A stretch of 52,138 nucleotides of DNA, filler included, from Basidiobolus ranarum (lineage: Eukaryota): the NCBI GenBank assembly GCA_040143965.1. It is 2 parts of 2 records of this genome, joined end to end, with 100 filler letters (N's around TTAATTAATTAA, not from the genome) between each part and the next. Parts side by side here need not be neighbours in the genome. Positions count along the whole stretch, not along the records: positions 26,124 to 52,138 come from JASJQH010000137.1; 1 more part is not named here. The stretch is one strand, 5' to 3'. Shown here one piece after another: positions 39,560 to 50,522 of the stretch (its first letter is position 1; each line of letters begins with the position of its first letter). The notes beneath the pieces are model-generated. The model did no database searches, was not told the DNA's origin, and saw nothing but the letters and a program-made list of their open reading frames with translations. Made by a program: the position numbers and the translations under genes.

Positions 39560-40762
39560 TTATTCATCCTTCTCAGCTTCGGCGGCAGGAGTTTCAGTAG
39601 CTGTGACGGGTTCGGCTTCTTCAGTCTTAGATTCATCGTTCTTTTCAGTTTCTGAAAATAAATTGTTTAGCAATATCCTCATATTCACATTGTTGTTAAG
39701 GTTTAGTTACCATCTTGCATATCGGATGTCCAGAGAGTAAGGTTATCTCTCAATAACTGCATGATAAGGGTGCTATCCTTGTAGGATTCTTCACTCAAAG
39801 TGTCGAGTTCAGCAATGGCATCATCGAATGCCTGTTTAGCGAGATGGCAGGCGCGATCAGGTGAATTCAGAATCTCGTAATAGAATACAGAGAAATTGAG
39901 TGCGAGCCCAAGACGAATAGGGTGAGTAGGGGCAAGTTCGGTTTGAGCAATATCTGTAGCACCCTTGTAAGCTTCATGAGCAGCAGTAGCAGAATCCTTA
40001 CGCTTATCGCCAGTGGCAAACTCAGCAAGATAACGATGATAATCGCCCTTCCTAAATTTCGAACCATCCATGTCAGTATCTGAGCAATTCGGTAGAATAG
40101 ACATTAGCTAACTTACATCTTGTAATAGAAAACCTTGGACTCTCCTCCTTGAGCTCCAGGAATTAAATGCTGGTCTAAAAGTTCTAAAATATCTCTACAG
40201 ACGTCACCAAGTTCCTCTTCAACCTTATGTCTGTATGACTTAATTTTTTCGACGTGAACGTCATTACCCTTGCTCTCCTCTTTTTGTTCAATAGAAGAGA
40301 TGATTCTCCAGGAGGCACGACGAGCGCCAATAACGTTCTTATAAGCGACAGAGAGAAGGTTGCGCTCCTCGACGGTCAACTCAGCACCACCCTTGATTAG
40401 TTTATAAAGCGTAAATATTGAGGTGGGAGGCTTATTGATTAGTTTGCATACTAACCTTAGCGAAATCTTTCATGAACTGAACCATTTCTATTAAGGGAAC
40501 GAAGTTAAAACTTATATCGGTTTTGTACTATGACGTATACACTTTACCATCGTAACGCTCAGCTTGCTCAGCCAATTTGGCCATGTAAACCTATTGAAAA
40601 TTACTAAGCAAAGAGGTATATTGAAAGTTCTGTTGGCATACTAATGCTTACTTGATCTTCTCTATTCTACAATACATAACAAGATGAGAAGTTAGTTGGA
40701 TGAAACACTTTAAAGTACACACTATGCTTCTTTCAAGTAATGTAAACAATACTTACAGCCAT
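39560..40762 (-). CDS. 14-3-3 protein (Bmh/Rad24 family), multi-exon with microexons
   Basis: [24 protein letters not shown]..., [65 protein letters not shown]. Confidence 0.97.
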
Positions 40763-40924
40763 GGTGTTTTACTTATCGAAAGAAAGAGCAGAAAGTCGAA
40801 AGGGAACTGTTCACAGAATAACGCAGACAATTATAGATGGTTTGTAAATTTTATTGACTAGTTAAATTGTTGTTATCATTACTAAAGTAGTTCTAGATTT
40901 TTTTTGTCCCTTGCATACCCACGG

Positions 40925-40970
40925 GGGTTGGACTAATGAGCAGATAAGGGTTGGACTAATGAGCAGATAA
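40925..40970. repeat. Perfect 23-bp tandem duplication upstream of 14-3-3
   Basis: GGGTTGGACTAATGAGCAGATAA twice (40925-40947, 40948-40970). Confidence 0.95.
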
Positions 40971-41306
40971 TTTATGGGGCATGAACCACTGGCTTTCTCA
41001 ACTATCGTACGCAATCAATTAAACCAATAGCCATTAATGCTAAAAATAATAAGATTACTTTGGTATTTTATTAATTGGGAGAATAGGGGAGTGGCCATGA
41101 TAATGACGTTATGTTTACTTGGTAAATAAATTGATTATGAAGATGCCCCTCTAAATAGCAATGGAGAATGATTGGTCGATTTCAGGGATTGTTTATAAGA
41201 TTGTTGACAGAAGTAAAAATGCGGGAAATTTATACAAAAATAAGATTCAATAGGGAACATACATATTATGTCTATACTACAGAATACTGACTTGCAGTAG
41301 ATAAGA

Positions 41307-42600
41307 TTAGGTTGATCTAAAGCTCTCGACATCTGAAATACTGGGTGATGTATCCAATGAAGCTAGACTAGTATTTATGGACCCGAAAGAGTTTCTTTTA
41401 CTCGAGCGTCCACGACCTGAGAGCTTTCCGGTTCGCAGGTTGTAGGTAAGGACAGTGGATTCTGATTCAACAAAGCACAGATCATATGTGCCAAGGTGAA
41501 ATAGAATACGCCAAATGGTACTTGGGTGGTATTGGAAAATGGGTGCCATATCGAGTTTGCACTCCATCAGCCTTGTGTTTCTACTACATTGCAATAAGGA
41601 AACTGTATGTAACTTTAAAATGAAAGATATTAGCGATTGAACGGATGGAAATTGATGAGGTTAGAGATATATACCTCAGCATGTTCTACATTGTACAAGG
41701 CCAAAAGATACTTGGTCTGGTCGATGGCGGTTAAGTTATAAAGACCATTCAGGACAAGAGCAGGCGTGTGCTTAAGCAATGTGGTATTTAGTCGGCTAAC
41801 GGTCTCAAGATATATCTCTGTGGAGCTTGTGCCATAGTTTGCCACAATTAAAAGCATCCTATTGTCGTTTAACTGATATACATTGATTACACTCTGAGCC
41901 TTGCTGTAGAGGTCTAGCTGCATAGGAACAATATCCTCTTGTTGGTCAACAGACACAAATGTGCAAGAGCTGTTGGTAGAAGGTACGGATGTAGGCTGTG
42001 AGAACACTAAAATGGGGACGCAGCAATCTTCCGTTGAGGTGACAAAGTCAATCAAGGTAGCTAGTGAGAGTATTTGATTAGCGCTTATATTGATCAATAA
42101 GATGTATAGGTTAACTTACAATCATCGTTGGGAGTGGAGATTGAACTGGCCTTGGGAGCCGGAGGGCACAAAAGTAAAGGTACTTTTGAAAAAGAAGTGA
42201 GTTTAAGCATGTTAGGAAATACTGAATCCCATTCAAGAACTGGGTATGATATATATAACTAATTTCAGGTCTGGCCTTTTGTACCTCCGGATGTCTCGGG
42301 TGAACTGAATAAAGTAAGAATGTATTCAATGATTTATTTTAAAATATGGCCAATTCCAAGAATGTTGGATTTTTGTGACGGTTTAGAATATGGACTCATT
42401 GATATGGCAACTGTTTTGGAGGCATTGTTGAATACTCGGAGTACAAAAAGTTTGGATACTAGCGCGGCCCAAAAAGAGCTTATTATAGATCGGGCGAGAT
42501 ATTACCGTACGATTCGACTGCTCGAGACCTTGTATGTTTTGATGGCAACATTGGTGGGGTGCCACAACCATCAAAATTTTCAAGCTAATATCGTGCGTCT
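41307..42600 (-). pseudogene. Spliced, stop-interrupted remnant of a larger uncharacterised gene
   Basis: GT-AG introns at 41613-41674, 42061-42119 and ~42240-42284 join the ORF pieces in frame (..YLLALYNVEHAE|LHTVSLLQCS..WRILFHLGTYDLCFVES..). The upstream exon in the same frame has premature stops (ILK*IIE, IVR*YLA). Confidence 0.55.
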
Positions 42601-43255
42601 AGATCTCAACTTGCTTTTGCTTTTCATTCCCTGCCCCTTAACTAGTCATACTTTTAGAACTCTGGGTGGCAATATGGTAATGAGGAGTCGCCACCTACCC
42701 GCTAAGGGGAGTGTGGGATTAGCTAAATGTGAAATGGCATCTTGATAGCTCAATCTATATCTTAATCTACAATTGCTATGCCACACTTGTGCCTCTCGAC
42801 TAATACTCTGGTAACGACTTCGAACTTCATATCATGTACCATGCAGCTATGCTGTATGATGATAAATATGAATATGCTTTCACTCAACTGATTTACACTA
42901 CATTATGACCTTTCAGTCAGCGGTTTAAATCAAACTTTCTTTAGTCTACCTAGCTATCACTATCTTCAGTACATATACATTTAATTCAGCATTTGTGGCT
43001 AATCCTAAGATATTTTGCTCTATTTGGTCCGATCTTGTGAATTTTATTGGAGTGATCGACCTTACGAGCCCAGTAATCAACCCTTTCATACCCAAATAAC
43101 ATAAACAAGCATATTACAGATTTCAGAATAGATATAGTCTTAGATGTTCTTGGCCCGAAACATGTGGGTTGAAGATGCTTACTTGTACCACACTGATAGT
43201 CACTCTGCTAGTCCGATAAAACAATCTAACCATCAGATGCGGATCACATGGAATG

Positions 43256-43410
43256 CAGAATAGTTGGAAAAGAACCAAACAGAATAGTTGGAAAAGAATC
43301 AAACAGAATAGTTGAGGGGGGATCTGATGAAATGGTTAAAAAAGAATCAAACGGAATCAAACGGAATGGTTGAGGAGAGATCGGGCGAAATGGTTAAAAG
43401 GGAATCACGG
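43256..43410. repeat. Degenerate ~24-bp minisatellite downstream of the F-box gene
   Basis: CAGAATAGTTGGAAAAGAAYCAAA about 2.5 times, then diverged units (GAAATGGTTAAAA.GAATCA, CGGAATGGTTGAGG). Confidence 0.75.
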
Positions 43411-43492
43411 ATAATATTGGTGTTTATTAACAAGTGGTAGTATATATATATAATACTTAAAACTATGTACAGACTATATAATCAGTTCAATT

Positions 43493-44209
43493 TCACGATG
43501 CTGTTAGTAACGTTGATATATTTGAAGTCGTAGAAATTGAAATTAGCGATCCTCGCCGGACTGGCAGCATTTTTGTAACTTTCTGGAAAAACGATGGTCT
43601 AGAGTCACAAGCTAGGAAAAGTAGCGAGCACTCGAATGTTAAAGGTGTCACCCACCTTTCCCCATCAATGAATGCCAAGTCTTCTGGCTGAATAGGTGGT
43701 GTTTTGGTAACTTCATATGTGACATTCCATCTTTCTTTAGGGGATCCTCCTGGGACTACAGATAAAAAGGACCCGGGTTTTTTGATAGGAAGACCACGGC
43801 TTACCCAAAGATTAGGATTATCATAGGGGGATAGGGTGATATTGGTGATTTTTGGATTCTCAAGTAGCAACCCATAAAAACAGCGTCTGGTTTTCAACCG
43901 CTTAACACGATAGCATACTTTAGAAGAAGAAAGATTCACGGAGGAATAGGCAAACTCTACGTGAAATTTCCATTTGCTCTCTTGCTCAAAAGTGAGTGAA
44001 ATAGAAGTGTCGATAAGTTTCTTTTTGATATGACTTTGGGCAAATATAAACCATTCCTTGCAGCAAAAACGAGCCATTATCAAAGTTTCTAAATCTAGGA
44101 AACTCAGAATGTGCGCCACCACTTCAGGAGGGAAATCAGTAATATTTGCGTGCCATAACAGCGGTTTTTTGGCCGACGTACTAGTAGAATAGAAGTGTGG
44201 GGTTAACAT
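43493..44209 (-). CDS. F-box protein, intronless, 238 aa
   Basis: ITDFPPEVVAHILSFLDLETLIMARFCCKEWF F-box; TATAAATA at 44251-44244; C-terminal region not recognised. Confidence 0.8.
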   Translation of the reverse strand: MLTPHFYSTSTSAKKPLLWHANITDFPPEVVAHILSFLDLETLIMARFCCKEWFIFAQSHIKKKLIDTSISLTFEQESKWKFHVEFAYSSVNLSSSKVCYRVKRLKTRRCFYGLLLENPKITNITLSPYDNPNLWVSRGLPIKKPGSFLSVVPGGSPKERWNVTYEVTKTPPIQPEDLAFIDGERWVTPLTFECSLLFLACDSRPSFFQKVTKMLPVRRGSLISISTTSNISTLLTAS

Positions 44210-45135
44210 AAGAAAATAAGACTCTTCAGAGACACACTCACTTTATTTATACCGTCTACGAATTTTGATCAATTAATCTTGTGAAGAGTTGAGAGCTGCA
44301 TGTGCCTGAACATTAATATCCATTTTCATTGAAAACTTATTAATCTATAATACTCTTGGAATACGGACTCTCGAGAAACTCTTCGAATCATTACTTTAAA
44401 ACCAGCACAATCGCCTGATTATTTGTATCCTCTAGCCATTGTACTCATATTTGGCGAGTCAATGTGATTGTTCTTTAAACTACCGACGAGTAATTTCCTT
44501 TCTGGCCTACATCTAATCAAGCCATATGGCACCAAAAAGTAGTAAATGCTATATATGGTATAGTTAGAGTCAAGTGTATCAGCTGATTGTTTTTATTTAT
44601 GAGGGGTAGTATTCTGATTAATTTAGTCCGAAGTGGCAACCATCTGCTGCATATAATGGACTTCCAACGAACTAAACACCTATCTAAATCATGATCTGTT
44701 GTAGCCCGAGCCTAGTCTATCGGCATTAAGTGGTTGTGAATATTAAGCAAGTTCAAACGCGGTTCATTCACTTGAAACAAATCATTTAAGCTAGTACAAC
44801 TCATAGGGGCCGGATGAGTCAGAGCCAATTAAAACCAAGCTCAGAAGAAGTCTAAGAAACCTTAATTTAAGCTGAGATTGCTTGCTGTTCGCATCTGATT
44901 GATCATCTAAACAATTAATCGTGATTAACTGAGAATAATTCAGTTGAAGATGTTGACTTAGCGTGGATACTTCCATGACCTTAATCGCCCAATGGCACCA
45001 GGTGCCATCTAACAAACAAACTAAACTTAAACGCGAAGACAAATATTAGAATTCGAAAAAAGTCACTGCAATGGAGTAATGGAATGACTGCGCTTATTCG
45101 ACGAGGATCTCATTTTCGTTGATGACTACACATAT

Positions 45136-45360
45136 TTACGTCATCAAATGACCTGTCTCCTTGATATTTCACCAGTCATCAGTTATTAATTGGAACTGGT
45201 AACGAAATCTCAAATTTCATATTTAGACTAGAGCTAGACTCGCAATTCTCTCCGTCATGCTGGTTCTTTAATACGTAATATTATTTCCAATGAAACCAAA
45301 TGCAATGTAACCGAACTATCTATACGTCACACTAGGTGCGCTTGTATGAGCCTATAAATA
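45136..45360 (+). promoter_or_regulatory. Putative promoter with CRE-like sites and TATA box
   Basis: TTACGTCA (45136-45143), TACGTAA (~45272), TACGTCA (~45323) and TATAAATA (45353-45360), the last 55 nt before ATG 45415. Confidence 0.4.
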
Positions 45361-45414
45361 CACATACCTTTCACCTATTCACATTAACAATTGTAGTTAT
45401 CTTTCTGTACTTTA

Positions 45415-46371
45415 ATGCTCGAGGAACTCAACCAAGTATTTGGACGTCTACGTTCTTATGTCCGACGACTCCAAGATGAGTATAAGCAAGGCAACTCTCT
45501 CAGCCATATAGGATCTGTGATATTAAGTGACTCTTCTAAACTCGTCGCAAGTACACACCATGCCTACATGTATCCCATAAGAGGCGTCTTTTATTTCTGC
45601 AAAACCCCTCAGCTGTGGTCTCCAATAGCAAGTACCTTAGTAGCAGGCGTAGGTGTTTCCTTGGTAGTGACCATTGGAATGTTCGTACTTACCTATGTCC
45701 CGCAAACCATAGTCCTGTCATTTATAATGGGCCCATTCTTAGCCGCTATTGTTGCTTTTTTACTAGTTCTGATTGAAACTTTCGCCCTGGTATTCTTGGT
45801 CGTTCAGATATTTTTCATTGACAATATCCAGGACGACATATTTGATAAAGTTCTCATTCTCAATGGAAACTCACTCCTTGTCAAAGAAGGTGATAAAAGA
45901 AAGCAATCCCTTTTCGGAAAAGTCGGTGGCAAGAGTTCTCAAAAATTACAAAAGGCCGCACGCAAACTGTCTCCTAGTACACTTATCCAATATCTGGTTA
46001 CTATCCCCCTGAATTTCATCCCTATTGTCGGAAGCGGTATATTCTTTATAATTAATGGAACTGGCCTTGCTTCAAAGCTTCACTCGTCCTACTTTAACCT
46101 TAAGGGTTGGGACAAGGACCGTCGCGCCCAGTTTGTCAAAAAGCACGAGATGGAATACTATGGATTTGGAGCAGCTGCTCTTGTATTGGATATGATTCCA
46201 ATTGTCAATGTTTGTTTTCTGTTAACCAATATTGTTGGTGCTGCTCTGTGGGCTGTAGACATCGAAAAGAACAGCTCCAAAGAGAACTTGGAGCCGGACA
46301 ACAATCCCAAACCTATTGAGGAATCTGGTTCAAGCAGCTCGATCAAAAGTACCTCGAAAGATGAGCTTTAG
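45415..46371 (+). CDS. EI24/CysZ-like (Rrt8/Lds family) multi-pass membrane protein, intronless
   Basis: YMYPIRGVFYF...PQLW start, hydrophobic helices, IFDKVL, LNFIPIVG, LHSSYFNLKG, YYGFGAAALVLDMIP...TNIVGAALWA. Confidence 0.8.
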   Translation: MLEELNQVFGRLRSYVRRLQDEYKQGNSLSHIGSVILSDSSKLVASTHHAYMYPIRGVFYFCKTPQLWSPIASTLVAGVGVSLVVTIGMFVLTYVPQTIVLSFIMGPFLAAIVAFLLVLIETFALVFLVVQIFFIDNIQDDIFDKVLILNGNSLLVKEGDKRKQSLFGKVGGKSSQKLQKAARKLSPSTLIQYLVTIPLNFIPIVGSGIFFIINGTGLASKLHSSYFNLKGWDKDRRAQFVKKHEMEYYGFGAAALVLDMIPIVNVCFLLTNIVGAALWAVDIEKNSSKENLEPDNNPKPIEESGSSSSIKSTSKDEL

Positions 46372-46713
46372 AGTCATTCATTTGAGAATAAGTTGAGAGG
46401 CATTGCTATATTCGTGTAAATGATATAAAAATGTAGAAATATTTTTAAATGCTAAATAAACTCTGAACAGAATTTAACTGGGTTATTGCCATTATATGCA
46501 TCTTCCATTCATCACATCGTACAGTAAATAGTAAACAATTGAATCATGTCAGTCTGTAATAATTTTTTTTAGATGGTTGGCCAGTTTCGTAACAAGATCC
46601 ATAATTTTTTTAGTGAATTTTAGCTTGGGATCACATGACCTTAATGTAAACTCATAACGAAGATAGCTTAATAACATATTGACTGTCTTAAAATTACTGT
46701 AGAAGTAACAGCA

Positions 46714-49700
46714 ATGCAGACACCAAATGAGGAATACGAGATCTTTGCTCAAACTCTTGAGAACGCGTCAAATGCACCTCTTCTAGATGACGAAAGCGGT
46801 CTCGGTGTAGCTTTGGAAAATATATGCGACCTAAGGTTTGATTTAGTGAGTTTCTCGTCACTCAATCACGAAGTCTTATTCACAATTTCTGTAGAGTACA
46901 AGAACTTCAAGATCAAGAAAGTACTGCTTACCAATATAACGAACATAATTTAAAAGAGGAAGTAGAGCATTGGGTTGCTGAGGGAAACACCTGGAAATTG
47001 GTTCACTTACTTTACAGGTAATTTATCTTTGATACAATAACTATATATCCATAATATATTATACCTTTAATGATACTAATCATTATTATCAAAAGTGAGC
47101 GTTTTTCAAGAGATGATTTGGAAGGCATGGAGGTTCCCGACGTAGAAAACTCCTACGTGCCAGACTTTAAACTTGTACAAAATCTTTTCAGAAATAATCG
47201 AGAAATATCCGAGAATAATGTATGAATTTTATTGTATGTTAATATTACACTCCTTGAATATTTATACATTGTTAGATCGTTAGAAGTTGGCTCGAAGATA
47301 TCGCACCTGTGTTTTATCCGGTAGAAACACGTCGCGGGTATTGGTTTCACACGGGTAAATGTATTGGTGGCAAAAACAAGCTTGGATCTTCCTTTATGCA
47401 TTCAAAGAGCGAGAATATAGTAACAGAAATTGACCCTGATGCCCCCAATCGTCAAAACAAAGAATTGGCACTCGAGGATAATGTACTATCTTGTTCCTTG
47501 AACATCTCAGTTTGAAGATGACTTATTTTGTATTCCTCTCTTATATAGATGTACGAGAAGAGTTTAGTAAGAACATTATATGAATACATCCGACGGGGCC
47601 GTATTGAAGACGCTACAGACTTATGTCGTGAAAGCGATCAACCTTGGAGAGCTGCAAGTATCAGTGGTGGTGTTTACCACGATGATCCTTTACTTGGTCG
47701 GTATTAACATCAGGATATTGGAATATTCTCATCTATCCATATTTATATTTGAGTTGTATATATTAACTAAAGAGCTTCTTAATAGGTGATGATGTCCCTA
47801 TTAGCAATGAAGCTTTGGAACCCCGTGGAAATGTTAATAGAGGTCTTTGGAAGGGAACTTGTTATCAACTTGCTAAAGAGGTAGGTTTAGTTTTCACCAA
47901 TGGCATGATGGTTTCGCCTTGTTAAAATATGTATACTCTCTTGAATATAGGAAAGTCTCGATGTTTATGAACGCGCGATGTATGCTGCTCTGTGTGGTGA
48001 TGTGGAAAACGTTGGTATCAGTTTATACCTGAGAGTCGAGTAAACAAATCATTAATCACTTTATTTAGTTGCTCCCTGCCTGTAAAAGCTGGGAAGATTA
48101 TATCTGGGGATACTATAATGCACTAATAGAGAATCAAGTGGAACAGGTACCATATGATTTAGACTTGCTACATGCTGTTACCATACTTACCCCACCAAAG
48201 TACCTTAAACAAAACCATAGGAATACTGAGAGTGGGGAGCTTCCCATACCTAACCTTGAACATATGACAAAAGAGGATATCTTTATGAACATTGCCAAGA
48301 ATCCAAACGAAGGACTCAGGTTCGAAACAACACTATTGGGATAATTGCCGAGTATGTCTATGCTAACCAAGTCTTATTTATTAGCGCTCTTGCAAAAGAT
48401 CCATATCGTTATATTCAAACAATGATCATTTTGAATCGCATCGACGAGTTAATCATCGAAATGAGTGATACATTAACTGCTTCTCACAACGGATTGTGGC
48501 AAAACTCAGAGTATGTTTTTCGTTATCTGTTTCACCCTTGAATCATTATTCATAGTTTTATACCAGTGAGCCTCCTGTCGATCCACGAATTCTGCGTTTT
48601 TTGAGTCATCTAGTTCTTTATCTTACATCTCTTGGAATTGAATTACCCTCCACGGAAGCTAACAACATCGTCAAATGCTATGTAGAGCTATTGATTCAAC
48701 TTAAAAAGGTGTGGTGTGGATGGAGAGTTTCTATGCGGAACATTGAGCTTACTATAACAATTTTTGTAGAATAACCTGGTGGCATTTTATGCTTCTAAAT
48801 TACCTGAAGATCTTCAAGTGGAGGTTTATTCTACTTTTCTTGCAGGTACATTGCAGCATATAATTATTATATTCAATAGAAAATACTCATCATCGTCATC
48901 ATCATCAGGCGTTCAAGAAGACACCCAGAATCGTTACGAGCTCGTCAAGCTTGCAAATCGTTATAATCTGGATGTCACTAGAATCTCCAGTCGTACTGTT
49001 GAGAAAGTTTTCCAGGAAGCTGTTCGCGATGTAATTACCTTGACTAGCCTATCCACAAATACTATCTCGTACTAAAGATTCCTCTAGGACTTGCCAAGAT
49101 TTGATCTAGATACATGCGAGCTTAAAAAGATCAGCGATCCTATTGAGTCTCAAGATATGGTCCAAATCAGTGCCTTGGAATGGCTTACATTTGAAAATTA
49201 TCATTATGAGGAAGCCCTATTGCAAAGCAATGCTCTTGTTCGAAAATTCCTAAGTATTGTACTATGCTATTGCTTGTTTACAGTGGAATTTTTTACTCAC
49301 TCTCTTTCATAGTATGCGGAAAAATTAACGGTGCAAATGAGGTTTTCCGTAGACTTCCCCAAGACTTCTTGTTGTCTGAATGGATGGAGCTGTTAGAAAA
49401 TGACATTGAAAACAACCCCGTTGTTAGTAATGTGCAGGAGCATTTGCATTATAGAAGCTTCTGTGAATGTATTAAACTCTTTGACTTATGGTCTGAGACG
49501 TACTACGAGCGACCAGACAAAAGGTAAACACCAAATTTACAATGAAATGCAACTTTATATTCACATCCAAAACATAGGGATGGAGTCCAGGCCATGCAGA
49601 AATTCAACGATTGGAAAAATAAGATGAAGGTATTTATAACTTGATACTGAGCTCTGCAGTAGGATTGTTAACAAACTGTGCCCAACCGTTTTAGTCAATT

Positions 49701-50063
49701 GCTATGAAAAATGAGGAAGTCCTACAACGTTTGCTCGAGTCTGACTGGCTTTCTAGTAGCTATGCTAGAGACCTTCCAAGTATTGAACAAGAAAGAAGAC
49801 ACTACGAGCTTGACAAATTGCGCGAAATATATATTCCCGAGATCGTATTCCGCCTCCACACAGTGCTATATGAAACTAGAGATCTTATACCAGAGAATTT
49901 GGAAAAGAGTCTGGATATTGTGAATATTGTGGCCGATGATAAGAACGCACTTTACAGAGAATTCGTCAAGTCCAAGAAAATGCCCCAATTACTAGAGTTA
50001 CTGCGTCAATCTTCTTTAGAGATTCTTAAGCATTCACAAAATCCTTTCAAGCTTGAAAGTTAG
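46714..50063 (+). CDS. NUP84: Nuclear pore Y-complex protein Nup84/Nup107, multi-exon (a short upstream exon is possible)
   Basis: EIDPDAPNRQ, YEYIRRGRIEDATDLCRESDQPWRAASISGG, GNVNRGLWKGTC, YERAMYAALCGD, SWEDYIW, LREIYIPEIVFRLH. Confidence 0.92.
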
Positions 50064-50522
50064 AGGTTTCAAGTGTTCATATTATATTGCTTAATACTTC
50101 CATCGTCATTTAGATCACGTGGAAATTCATTCATATTCGAATATTGACACACGCTCTATTTCGTCGACTTTACAGAGTTTTTCATCCCTGTTGCCCCTTC
50201 AACTTCTTTCATTACTGTAGCTGGCAAATTATCACAAATTATAAAAACTAATGAAAATAGAAATCAAGAGCTGTTTTGTTTTACAAACGATATATTTGCC
50301 ATTGAGGTATATATACTTGAAATAAACATAAAATTAGATGGTTCAAGATATTTATTTCCAAGTCGCTGAGTGGAATTAATCAGCTCAAACACGATAACAA
50401 AGTTGAATAGATTTACAAAAAGAAGAATACATGAAAAGCATTATATATATGTATGTTCGATGATATTAGACCGACAAAGCAAAAAAGACGAGCAAGGAGT
50501 TGAGCATGACAGAATCCAGTTA

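Noticed and set aside
42320-42745. Plus-strand 141-aa ORF as a gene
   Set aside because: Antisense to the minus-strand pseudogene exon; splice signals support the minus strand; no domain recognised.
43256-43410. CRISPR-like array
   Set aside because: Units are contiguous and degenerate with no unique spacers, no cas genes, and the context is eukaryotic.
44700-44770. tRNA-like or Pol III element (GTTCAAA B-box-like)
   Set aside because: No cloverleaf or acceptor-stem pairing could be built.
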